Of a DNA stretch of 64,000 nt, positions 35,882 through 44,777 are shown in pieces (the first letter of the stretch is position 1; the number at the start of each line of letters is the position of its first letter). The stretch spans positions 32,001-96,000 of the forward strand of contig JBILLK010000007.1 in NCBI GenBank assembly GCA_044376115.1, in the 5' to 3' direction. Position numbers and translations under genes: made by a program. The notes beneath the pieces were generated by a model. That model did no database searches. It was not told the DNA's origin and was given only the letters and a program-made list of their open reading frames with translations. The stretch is from Polyangiaceae bacterium. Its GTDB lineage: Bacteria > Myxococcota_A > Polyangia > Polyangiales > Polyangiaceae.

Positions 35882-38800
35882 GTGTCTGCCGAGTTCGCCC
35901 ACCTTCACGTCCACAGCCAGTACTCGCTCTTGGACGGTGCCATTCGTGTGAAAGAGCTTGCCGCGCGGGCCAAAGCGCTGGGCATGAAGTCGGTGGCTCT
36001 GACCGACCACGGCAACATGTTCGGCACGATCCAGCATTACTTGGCCTGCAAAGAGCAGGGGATCGCGCCGATTCTGGGGTGTGAGATCAATGTGGTTCGC
36101 CGCGGTGCACGGCCGAGTCGTGCCCCCGCCGCATCGGCTTCGGCGGATCTGGGTGAAGACCTCCCCGTCGACCATTTGGTGCTCCTCGCCGCCTCGGCCG
36201 AAGGCTACAAGAACCTCGTTCGAATCGTTTCGCGCGGTCACCTGGAGCCCGTCAGCATGCGAGCGCCTAGCGTCGCGATCGAAACGGTGGCGGCGAATGC
36301 GCGCGGCATCATCGGGCTCACCGGCTGTCTCGGTGGCGTGGTCGCGCAGCGCATCATGGAGGAAGGGGAGTCGCACGCCCTCAGCGAACTCGATCTGCTG
36401 CGCAACGTATTCGAGCCCGGGAGCCTCTACGTGGAGCTGCAGGACCACGGCCTGCCCGAACAAGCTGTGGTCAACGGCCTTCTCGCTCAAGCCGCCAAGC
36501 AGCTCAATTTGCCCACGGTGGCGACCAACGACGCCCATTTCACCAACCGTGAGGACGGTGAGGGCCAGCTCGTTCTCAGCTGCATTGCGCAGAACCGCGC
36601 GCTCGCCGATGCGCAGGCGTCGCATCACTCGAGCTACGAGATGTTCCTCAAATCACCGCTCGAGATGGCCAACACCTTCTCCGACTACCCCGAGGCCGTG
36701 CGTGAGACGCTGGCGGTAGCCGAGCGTTGCACCTCCTTCAAGTTGAAGCTCGGCGAGCCGATGTTGCCGAACTTCAAGGTGCCCGAGGGCTTCGACGAGT
36801 TCTCGTACTTCCGGCATGTCGCGGCGGAAGGGTTGCAACGGCGCTTCGTCGAGGCCGAGAAGATCGGCCGCCAAGTCGACCACGCCTTCTACAAGGCCAG
36901 GCTGGAGACCGAGCTGGACGTCATCTGCAAGATGAAGTTCCCGGGTTACTTCCTGATCGTTTGGGACTTCATCCGCTACGCCAAGGAGAACGGTATCCCC
37001 GTCGGTCCGGGCCGCGGCTCCGGCGCCGGGTCGATCGTCGCGTGGGCGATGCGCATCACCGATCTCGATCCCATCCCATACAACTTGCTGTTCGAGCGGT
37101 TCCTCAACCCGGAGCGCGTGTCGATGCCCGACTTCGATGTCGACTTCTGCATGGACCGCCGCGATCAGGTCATTCAGTACGTCTCGGAGCGATACGGCAA
37201 ACGCAGCGTCGGTCAGATCGCGACCTTTCACGAACTCAAGTCGCGCAGCGTAATCAAGGACGTCGCTCGGACGATGGGCCTGCCGCCGATGGACGCGCAA
37301 CGGATCGCCTCGCTGGTGCCGCAAAAGGGGCCGGGCGTGATGTACACGATCCCGGAGGCGCTCACGATCGAGCCAAAGCTCAAGGCGCTGGTCGAGACCG
37401 ACGCTGCCGTAGCGGAGCTGATTCGGCAGGCGATGAAGCTCGAGGGCCTGACGCGGCACGCCGGTATGCACGCCGCGGGCGTCGTGATCAGCGAAGGGCC
37501 GCTCGACGACCACGTGCCGTGCTTCAAGAACGGCGAACAGATCGTCACGCAGTACCACAAGGACGACGTTGAGAAGGCGGGGCTCGTCAAATTCGACTTC
37601 CTCGGCCTCAAGACGCTGACCGTGATCGACATCGCGGAGAAGCTCGTGAATCAGCGTCCGGACCGCCAGGGCAAGGAGCCGTTCAGCGTCAGCACGCTCC
37701 GCTTGGATGACCTCGGGACCTACGCGCTGTTGCAGTCGGGTGAAACGACCGGCGTGTTCCAGCTCGAGTCGAGCGGCATGCAACAGCTGTTCAAAGACCT
37801 CAAACCCGACGCGTTCGAAGACATCGTTGCTGCGGTGGCCCTCTACCGCCCGGGCCCGCTCGGCACCGGCATGGTGAAGGACTTCGTCGAGTGCAAGCAC
37901 GGTAAAAAGCCGATCGCCAAGATGCACCCGCTGGTCGACGAGATCCTCGTGCCGACCTACGGCGTCATCGTTTACCAAGAGCAGGTCATGCAAGTTGCGC
38001 AAAAGCTTGCTGGCTACTCGTTGGGCGGCGCAGATCTGCTTCGCCGAGCGATGGGTAAGAAGAAAGCCGAGGAGATGGCCAAGCAAAAGGCCACCTTCGT
38101 CGAAGGCTCGATCAAGAACGGCGTCGCAGAAGACGACGCAGACCGCATCTTCGGGCTGCTCGAGTACTTCGCTGGGTACGGCTTCAACAAGAGCCACTCG
38201 GCTGCGTACGCGCTGCTGACGTATCACACCGCCTATCTCAAAGCGCACTACCCGGTGGAGTTCCTGTGCGCGCTGATGACCGCAGACCGCGACAAGACCG
38301 AGAAGGTCGTGCGCATCATCGCCGAAGGTCGCGCCTGGGGCGTGGAGACGCTTCCGCCCGAAATCAACGAAAGCAAGGTCGACTTCACGGTGGTGTACTC
38401 GACTGGCGGCGAAAAGACGAAGCCGCGGGGCAAAGGCCGGGCGCGTCGCCTCAGTGATCCGTTCGAGCCGAAGATCCGCTTCGGGTTGGGCGCCATTCGC
38501 GGCGTCGGCGAGAGCGCGCTCGAGGCTGTGCTGGAGGCGCGCAAAGAGGGCGGGCCGTTCCTCGACTTGTTCGACTTCGCCGAACGGGTCGATGCCCGGC
38601 GCGTCAATCGAGGCGTACTCGAGGCGCTGATCGCAGGCGGGGCTTTCGATGCCACGCTCGCGAGCAAAGGCGTATCGCGCGCCCGGGCGTTCGCTTCGGT
38701 GGAGCGCGTGCTCGAGCGATCGCGAAACGCGAGCCGGGATCGAGAGCGCGGTCAGACCTCGCTCTTTGGCCTATTCGCCAAGACCGAGGTCTCAAACAAA

Positions 38801-39505
38801 GCGGCCTCCGAGGACTACCCGATGGTCGAGCCGTGGGACCTCAAAGAGACGTTGGTCCGCGAAAAAGAAGCGTTGGGCTTCTACGTCTCGGGCCACCCGC
38901 TCGATCGTTACGGCGTCGAGCTCTCGCGCTTCGAGGTGACCAAGACCTCGGCGCTCGCGACGATGGAGAATTGGGCTCGCGTGCGCGTTTGCGGCATGGT
39001 CGAGGAGTACCGCTGTCGCATCTTCAAAGGAGGAGGCGGCAAGCTCGCCTTCTTCGTGCTCGAGGACCCAACCGGGCGCGTCGAGGTCAAGGTGCGCGAG
39101 AAGCAAATCAACCTCTATGAAGGCATTCTGCAGTCGAAGGAGGCGGTGTTGGTCAGCGGGAAGTTGAGCTTTCCGATGACCGAGGATGGGGAAGGGGAGT
39201 CGAGCGGTCCACGCGAGCCGACGCTGCTACTGGACGAGGTGGTGCTGCTCGCCACCGTGTTGCGAGACCAAGCGCGCTGGGTTCACCTGCGGCTGCAAGA
39301 GTCGCGACACAGCGTCGAAGCCACGCGCAAGTTGCGCAGCGTGTTGGACGCTAGCCCGGGGGCATGCCCGGTGCAGATCACGGTCGAACTCGAGGGCGGC
39401 TCCGAGGTGAGTTTGAGCGTTCCCGGCCTCAAGGTCGAACCAGGCGAAGGGCTATTCTCCGGCGTCGAGAAGCTCTTGGGCTCGCGCGTGCTCGAGCTGC
39501 GTTAG
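35882..39505 (+). CDS. dnaE: DNA polymerase III alpha subunit
   Basis: PHP domain HLHVHSQYSLLDG, GPGRGSGAGS, MPDFDVDF, KFDFLGL, FNKSHSAAY, C-terminal OB fold. Confidence 0.98.
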   Translation: MSAEFAHLHVHSQYSLLDGAIRVKELAARAKALGMKSVALTDHGNMFGTIQHYLACKEQGIAPILGCEINVVRRGARPSRAPAASASADLGEDLPVDHLVLLAASAEGYKNLVRIVSRGHLEPVSMRAPSVAIETVAANARGIIGLTGCLGGVVAQRIMEEGESHALSELDLLRNVFEPGSLYVELQDHGLPEQAVVNGLLAQAAKQLNLPTVATNDAHFTNREDGEGQLVLSCIAQNRALADAQASHHSSYEMFLKSPLEMANTFSDYPEAVRETLAVAERCTSFKLKLGEPMLPNFKVPEGFDEFSYFRHVAAEGLQRRFVEAEKIGRQVDHAFYKARLETELDVICKMKFPGYFLIVWDFIRYAKENGIPVGPGRGSGAGSIVAWAMRITDLDPIPYNLLFERFLNPERVSMPDFDVDFCMDRRDQVIQYVSERYGKRSVGQIATFHELKSRSVIKDVARTMGLPPMDAQRIASLVPQKGPGVMYTIPEALTIEPKLKALVETDAAVAELIRQAMKLEGLTRHAGMHAAGVVISEGPLDDHVPCFKNGEQIVTQYHKDDVEKAGLVKFDFLGLKTLTVIDIAEKLVNQRPDRQGKEPFSVSTLRLDDLGTYALLQSGETTGVFQLESSGMQQLFKDLKPDAFEDIVAAVALYRPGPLGTGMVKDFVECKHGKKPIAKMHPLVDEILVPTYGVIVYQEQVMQVAQKLAGYSLGGADLLRRAMGKKKAEEMAKQKATFVEGSIKNGVAEDDADRIFGLLEYFAGYGFNKSHSAAYALLTYHTAYLKAHYPVEFLCALMTADRDKTEKVVRIIAEGRAWGVETLPPEINESKVDFTVVYSTGGEKTKPRGKGRARRLSDPFEPKIRFGLGAIRGVGESALEAVLEARKEGGPFLDLFDFAERVDARRVNRGVLEALIAGGAFDATLASKGVSRARAFASVERVLERSRNASRDRERGQTSLFGLFAKTEVSNKAASEDYPMVEPWDLKETLVREKEALGFYVSGHPLDRYGVELSRFEVTKTSALATMENWARVRVCGMVEEYRCRIFKGGGGKLAFFVLEDPTGRVEVKVREKQINLYEGILQSKEAVLVSGKLSFPMTEDGEGESSGPREPTLLLDEVVLLATVLRDQARWVHLRLQESRHSVEATRKLRSVLDASPGACPVQITVELEGGSEVSLSVPGLKVEPGEGLFSGVEKLLGSRVLELR

Positions 39506-40389
39506 CGCAGCGGGGCCTCACGCAGCACCTCGGCCAGCGCCGAAAGCTCGCTCCCTCGCACGTGGTCGCTGCGATACACCAAGCGGAAAAAGTCTGACGA
39601 GAGCCGAGCTTTGGGTAGCGGCTCCACGAGGGCGCCGCGCTTGAGGTCCCGCGCGATGAAGTAGCGCGGCAGCACCGCGACGCCGCGACCGCGAACGACT
39701 TCGCGCGCGACCGCGGCGATCGTTCCCAGCCGTACGACCTCAGCAAACGTCCACTGTTCTCCGGGTGCTCGGCCATCGAGGAAGTAGCGAAAGAGCGGCC
39801 TGTCCGGATGCAAATCCAAAAGCCGAAAGCCGCCGGCCTCACTCGCCGAACGGAGGCTCTGCTTCGCCAGCAGCGCCGGCGCTGCGACGAGCGCGTACTT
39901 CTCCTCGTGCAATACGGCGAACTCAACGCCTTGTCGCGAGAACCTGGCGCTGCTGATCAGGGCGTCGATCTCGCCGCGGTCGAGGGCCGCCAAGAGCGCC
40001 TCGGTATCGCCGAAATAAAGATGCAAGCGGCGATCGGGCCGAGCCTTCTCGAGCGCGCCGAGCTGCGGCACGAGCCACGACAAGCCGAGCTCGTAGCGCG
40101 TACCGAGCACCAGATCGAACGGCTGCGGCGAGGTTGTGTACGCCCCTTTGCAGCGCAAGGCGGCGGCAAGCGTCTCCTTGGCGTGAGGCAGCACCCGCTC
40201 ACCGGCCAGGCTCAAACGCGACGAGCGCGTCGTTCGCACGAACAAACGCTCCCCGACGTCGTCCTCGAGTTTGCGGATGCGATCCGAGAACGCTGCAGGG
40301 GAGAGCCCTACCTCCGCGGCCGCTCGGCGGAAGTTCTTGTGATGGGCGCAAGCGACAAAACAGCGCAAACTCTCGAGATCAGGAAGCAC
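39502..40389 (-). CDS. LysR-family transcriptional regulator
   Basis: NFRRAA..V.LSP.AFS.RIRKLE...G..LF.RTTR HTH. Start is GTG 40389 or TTG 40404. Confidence 0.93.
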   Translation of the reverse strand: MLPDLESLRCFVACAHHKNFRRAAAEVGLSPAAFSDRIRKLEDDVGERLFVRTTRSSRLSLAGERVLPHAKETLAAALRCKGAYTTSPQPFDLVLGTRYELGLSWLVPQLGALEKARPDRRLHLYFGDTEALLAALDRGEIDALISSARFSRQGVEFAVLHEEKYALVAAPALLAKQSLRSASEAGGFRLLDLHPDRPLFRYFLDGRAPGEQWTFAEVVRLGTIAAVAREVVRGRGVAVLPRYFIARDLKRGALVEPLPKARLSSDFFRLVYRSDHVRGSELSALAEVLREAPLR

Positions 40390-41341
40390 CGCCCACCTCT
40401 CCAAAGCTCGCGGCGGCGCTGCGTGCTTGCTCTTGATCCTCCTGGAACTTCACCAAGACTCCCAGCGTTTCGAGCACGGTGGTCTCGTCGAGACGGCTCC
40501 GGCCGAGTACGAGCAGCGCGCGCGCCCAATCGATGGTCTCCCCCACGCTGGGGGCCTTGCGCAGCGCCAGCGCGCGCAAACGGCGGGTAAACTCGACGAT
40601 CGACGTCGCCAGTTGCTGATCGATATCGGGCAGGCGGCTCCGCAGGATCGCGAGCTCACGTTCGGGGCTCGGGTAGTCGACGTAGGCGAAGAGGCAGCGT
40701 CTGCGCAGCGCCTCGGTCATATCCCGCGTGCCGTTCGTGGTGAGCAAAACGAACGGCCGTTGTTTGGGGGTGACGGGGCCCAGTTCGGGGATGGTGATGG
40801 TGAAATCCGCGAGCAACTCGAGGAGAAACGCCTCGAACTCGGGATCAGCGCGGTCCACCTCGTCGATCAAGAGGACGCAGGGGGTCTCCGACTCCAGCGC
40901 TTGGAGCAGCGGTCTGGCCACCAAAAATCGGCGGTCAAAGAAGCTCGCTCCAGCGCCGCTAACCCGATCGATCGCGTCCGAAAGTGAGGTCGCACCCGCT
41001 GTCTCGACCGAGATTCGCTCGCGCACGAGCTGGGTGGTGAGCATCTGCTTAGCGTAGTCCCAGTCGTAAAGGGCCTTGCTCTCGTCCAGCCCCTCGTAAC
41101 AAGAGAGCCGAATAAAGCTGCGCCCCGTCGCTCGGGCGACCGCGCGAGCCAGCTCGGTCTTGCCAACACCGGCCGGACCTTCCACGAGCAACGGCCGCTC
41201 GAGGCGCAGCCCGAGCCAAACCGCCATAGCGGTCTCGGTGTCGATGATGTAGCCGTAGTCCGCCAAAGTCTGGGCCAAAACCGCGGCGGATGCTGGTCCG
41301 GAGGCAAAAAGCTCAGTCACTGGCGGCTGAAGGTAGCCCAC
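40379..41341 (-). CDS. MoxR-family AAA+ ATPase, CoxD type
   Basis: EGPAGVGKT, L.CYEGLD..KALYDWDY.KQ, LLIDEVDRAD.EFEA, ALRRRC. Confidence 0.92.
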   Translation of the reverse strand: MGYLQPPVTELFASGPASAAVLAQTLADYGYIIDTETAMAVWLGLRLERPLLVEGPAGVGKTELARAVARATGRSFIRLSCYEGLDESKALYDWDYAKQMLTTQLVRERISVETAGATSLSDAIDRVSGAGASFFDRRFLVARPLLQALESETPCVLLIDEVDRADPEFEAFLLELLADFTITIPELGPVTPKQRPFVLLTTNGTRDMTEALRRRCLFAYVDYPSPERELAILRSRLPDIDQQLATSIVEFTRRLRALALRKAPSVGETIDWARALLVLGRSRLDETTVLETLGVLVKFQEDQEQARSAAASFGEVGGAS

Positions 41342-41446
41342 GCGAAGCGTGGAAAGTTAGGGAAGTTATTGATCCGGCGACCCATTCGAGACGAACTTCG
41401 CGATGGACTTCACCAGACGGCCCGTTAGAAACTATGAAAGGTTTGG

Positions 41447-42721
41447 ATGTCTGAAGAGCGAACGGACCTGGTGCGGGTAGACCCCACGGGAACTGCACAT
41501 CCCGTCGGCCGCGTCGCGAGTCAGATGATGCGGCTCCGTCAGGGCACGTTTCGCGTGATGCCTGGGCCCACCCATTTGCTGTTTATGCGGCACGTGGGCG
41601 AGGACGGTAAGCGTGACGACCTTGATGGCGCGGTCTGTCGCTTGGCCGGTGAGGTAACCTCGCCGGGCGCAATTTGTGACGTCGTCTCGTTGATCGGGCA
41701 GGCCGCCTGGCGCGGCGAGCTGATCGTGATGAGCGGCGGCTCACAGCGGTCGGTCTTCTTCGACAACGGTCAGGTCATTTCGGCCTTTTCGAACGTGGAG
41801 GGGGAGCGGCTGGGAGAGGTGCTGTACCGCTACGGCGCGCTCACCCGTGAGCAAGTGGAGGTCGCGGCGAAGTCGGTCAACGCCGAGGTCCGCTTCGGTG
41901 AAGCAGCGGTCAAGCTGGGGTTTGTCTCGCGTGAGCGGCTCTTTCAGCTGATCGGCAGCCAAACCGAAGAGGTCGTGTACGCCGTGCTGCTGGTGTCCGA
42001 CGGCATGTTCTACTTCCTCGACAACTTCGACGAACACCGGCTAGCCGCGCATCTCAACCTGAGCGTGAATTCACTGCTGATGGAGGGCGTGCGTCGGATG
42101 GACGAGACGCGCTACTTTCGCGAGCGAATCCCGAGCGAATTGCACGTCCCGGCGCGGGTACCTGGACGGTCCACGCCGCCCGAGGAGAGCTCTGAGGCGT
42201 TGGCGCCAGTCTTCGGCGCGATCGACGGGCAGCGCAGCGTCGCCGAGATTTGCCGGGTAGTCGGCAAGGGCGAGTTCGAGGTGACCCACGCCTTGTTCCA
42301 GCTGCTGCAAGCCGGCGTGGTGACCGTGCATCCGCCACGGCTCACCGGGCCGCTGGCGATCGTGGCTCGCTTCAACGAGGCCATGCAACACCTCCTGCAG
42401 TCGGTGGATCAGCTGGGCAAAGGCACTGAGCTGCGCGACCAACTCTCGAGTTTTGCTACCGGGGCCGGCATCTACGATGCGCTGTTCATGGGCGGCGCAG
42501 GCCCCGCCAAAGACGGCACGCTGATCGGCGACAAGATCGTCGACAACATCGCAATGTTGGCTGGGCCAGGCGAGGCCGGCGCACAAATGCTCTCGCAATG
42601 GCTTTACGACTATGCGTCGTTCGCCGTGTTCATCGCCGAGCCGATGTTGCGTTCGACCGAAAAGCAGGGGACCACGGCGCGCAAGGTCGGCGAGCTGATC
42701 GCTCCGCTCGCGCCAAAGTAG
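41447..42721 (+). CDS. DUF4388 domain protein
   Basis: GEL...RSVFFD.G.V..A.SN..GERLGE.L...G.F.F...LLMEGVRR.DE. Confidence 0.8.
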   Translation: MSEERTDLVRVDPTGTAHPVGRVASQMMRLRQGTFRVMPGPTHLLFMRHVGEDGKRDDLDGAVCRLAGEVTSPGAICDVVSLIGQAAWRGELIVMSGGSQRSVFFDNGQVISAFSNVEGERLGEVLYRYGALTREQVEVAAKSVNAEVRFGEAAVKLGFVSRERLFQLIGSQTEEVVYAVLLVSDGMFYFLDNFDEHRLAAHLNLSVNSLLMEGVRRMDETRYFRERIPSELHVPARVPGRSTPPEESSEALAPVFGAIDGQRSVAEICRVVGKGEFEVTHALFQLLQAGVVTVHPPRLTGPLAIVARFNEAMQHLLQSVDQLGKGTELRDQLSSFATGAGIYDALFMGGAGPAKDGTLIGDKIVDNIAMLAGPGEAGAQMLSQWLYDYASFAVFIAEPMLRSTEKQGTTARKVGELIAPLAPK

Positions 42722-42780
42722 GGGGAAGGCGACAAGGTCGCTTTGACGCGGCAGGAGCAAGAGACTAAGCCGTCGCTCCG

Positions 42781-43701
42781 ATGGTTGATCGTCGCAGCGC
42801 CGTGTTGCTCCTCGCACTGACCGTGCAAGCCGTAGGCTGCGACATCACGACCTCCGGTGGTCCGCCCAAGCAACTGACCTACACCGAAGACGCCCGCAAA
42901 GCGTACGCCGAGGCGATGCTGTCCTTCCAAGCGAAGGACTGGGAGTCGGCCAAGCCGCTGTTCGCCGACGTGAAGAAGCGCTTTCCGCAGACGCGAGAAG
43001 CGCGCATGGCCGAGCTGCGTCTCGCCGATATCGACTTCGCCACCGAGCGTTACACCGACGCGATCAGCGCCTACCGTACCTTCGTCACCACCTACCGCAC
43101 GGACCGTGATGTCGAGTACGCCCGCTACAAGCTAGCGAAGGCGCTTTACTTCGACATCAGCGACACCTTCTTGCAACCGCCTGCGGAGGAGCGCGACCAG
43201 GCCACCACCGCCGACGCACATCGCGAGCTGAAAGCCTTTTTGAAGGCCTTTCCAAAGAGCCGTTATCGCAAGGACGTCGACTACATGTTGGAGGTCGTGA
43301 CTGGCCGCTTGGTGCGTCATGAGCTCTACCTCGCGCGTTACTACCGCAAGCGTGAGAACTACGACGCCACGCTCGCTCGCATCGACTACGCGCTCAAGAG
43401 CTACCCCAACTCCGGGCTCGATCCCGAGGCGATGGTGCTCAAAGGCGAGACGCTGATGATGATGAACCGCAAGAAGGAGGCGCGCATCGTGTTCGACGCG
43501 GTGGTCGCTGATTGGGGCGGTCCCTTTGCGAACGACGCCAAGGCTTTTTTGCAGGAGCTGGGCGCTCCTAGCCAGCCCGCCCCGCAGATTCGGCGGCCTG
43601 CGGATCCTGGCCCGAAGCCGGCACCCACCACGGATCCCAAGGCCCCAGCGGATCCCAAGGCTGCCGACCCCAAAGCGCCTGCAACGCCGACTGGGCTCTA
43701 G
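42781..43701 (+). CDS. bamD: Outer membrane protein assembly factor BamD
   Basis: Lipobox AVGC, TPR helices, ERDQ...FP.S.Y...HEL.LARYY. Confidence 0.88.
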   Translation: MVDRRSAVLLLALTVQAVGCDITTSGGPPKQLTYTEDARKAYAEAMLSFQAKDWESAKPLFADVKKRFPQTREARMAELRLADIDFATERYTDAISAYRTFVTTYRTDRDVEYARYKLAKALYFDISDTFLQPPAEERDQATTADAHRELKAFLKAFPKSRYRKDVDYMLEVVTGRLVRHELYLARYYRKRENYDATLARIDYALKSYPNSGLDPEAMVLKGETLMMMNRKKEARIVFDAVVADWGGPFANDAKAFLQELGAPSQPAPQIRRPADPGPKPAPTTDPKAPADPKAADPKAPATPTGL

Positions 43702-43702
43702 C

Positions 43703-44011
43703 GTGCTCGAAGGGCAGCCTTCCGCCGGTGTTCGCCTCGAGCTCGTGCTCATCGAGCAGCGCGCAGATGAGGCCGTTTACCAGGGCCATGCGCACCTGCC
43801 GACGAGCTCGCTCGGGCTGTCGGTCGTGTCCAACCTGAAAGGTGCAACGGCCAGCTTCAGCGACAGCGCCGACGTGAGCGAAGTGGTTCAAGCGGCGATC
43901 GTTCGCCTGGCGACGACGTTGGTTAGAGCTGCAACCAAGCGTGAGCTCGAGAGCGGTGAGCCGCCGCCGAAACGCATCGTGCGTTGGCGCCCGCTCGACG
44001 TTGGCGGTTGA
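43703..44011 (+). CDS. Hypothetical protein
   Basis: GTG directly after the bamD stop; ends PPKRIVRWR. Confidence 0.55.
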   Translation: MLEGQPSAGVRLELVLIEQRADEAVYQGHAHLPTSSLGLSVVSNLKGATASFSDSADVSEVVQAAIVRLATTLVRAATKRELESGEPPPKRIVRWRPLDVGG

Positions 44012-44042
44012 CCGATCGCGATCGGCAACCCAGGATTCGCTT

Positions 44043-44708
44043 GTGGGTTCTTCTTGGAAACTCGGTTCGCTGTTCGGTGTGCCTATTCGCATGCACTGGA
44101 CGGCGATCGTTGGAGCGCTGTTTTTCAGCGGCTTTCGCATCGCGCCGGGAGCGTGGCTGGGCTTCCTGATCGTGATTCTGGTGCATGAACTGGGTCACGC
44201 CCTGGTGGTGAAGGCCACCAAACAGCGCGTGCTCGGGGTTGAGGTCCACGGCTACGGCGGTCACTGTGAGTGGTCGGGTAACCCAACGCCGCTCGGCCGC
44301 GCCTCCATCGCTTGGGGTGGCGTGTGGGCGCAAATGGGGCTGTTCGTGTTGGCGCTGCCGCTCGCGGTGATGTTTTCGGGCGGCGGCAGCTCTCACCTTG
44401 ACGATCTTTTGCGGGCCCTCACCGTCAACAACCTCTTCCTCGCTGGGATCAACCTGATTCCGGTGCGGCCTCTTGACGGGGCAGAGGCGTGGAAGCTGTT
44501 TCCGCTGCTGCGAGCACGCTGGAACGCTGCCAAGCGCAGCGCACCGCGGCGCCCGGTGATTGAGGTCAAGGGGCCGGTTGGCGCTCCCAAGGTGAACGCG
44601 CCCAACGTGAATGCGCCCGCGCAAGGCGGGGATCTCCCGCCGGAGCTGCGGGCTCTGTTCGCCAAAGTCGCGGCCGACGCGCGCGACGCTCGGCACAAAC
44701 GCAACTGA
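44043..44708 (+). CDS. Site-2 protease (peptidase M50) family protein
   Basis: HELGH and NLIP.RPLDG motifs, several TM segments. Confidence 0.9.
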   Translation: MGSSWKLGSLFGVPIRMHWTAIVGALFFSGFRIAPGAWLGFLIVILVHELGHALVVKATKQRVLGVEVHGYGGHCEWSGNPTPLGRASIAWGGVWAQMGLFVLALPLAVMFSGGGSSHLDDLLRALTVNNLFLAGINLIPVRPLDGAEAWKLFPLLRARWNAAKRSAPRRPVIEVKGPVGAPKVNAPNVNAPAQGGDLPPELRALFAKVAADARDARHKRN

Positions 44709-44777
44709 GCGCTGCGAACCTTCGCAGCGCCCAGTCAGAGTTCCGCACAAACGCAGCTGAGCGCTGCGAGCGGGTGC

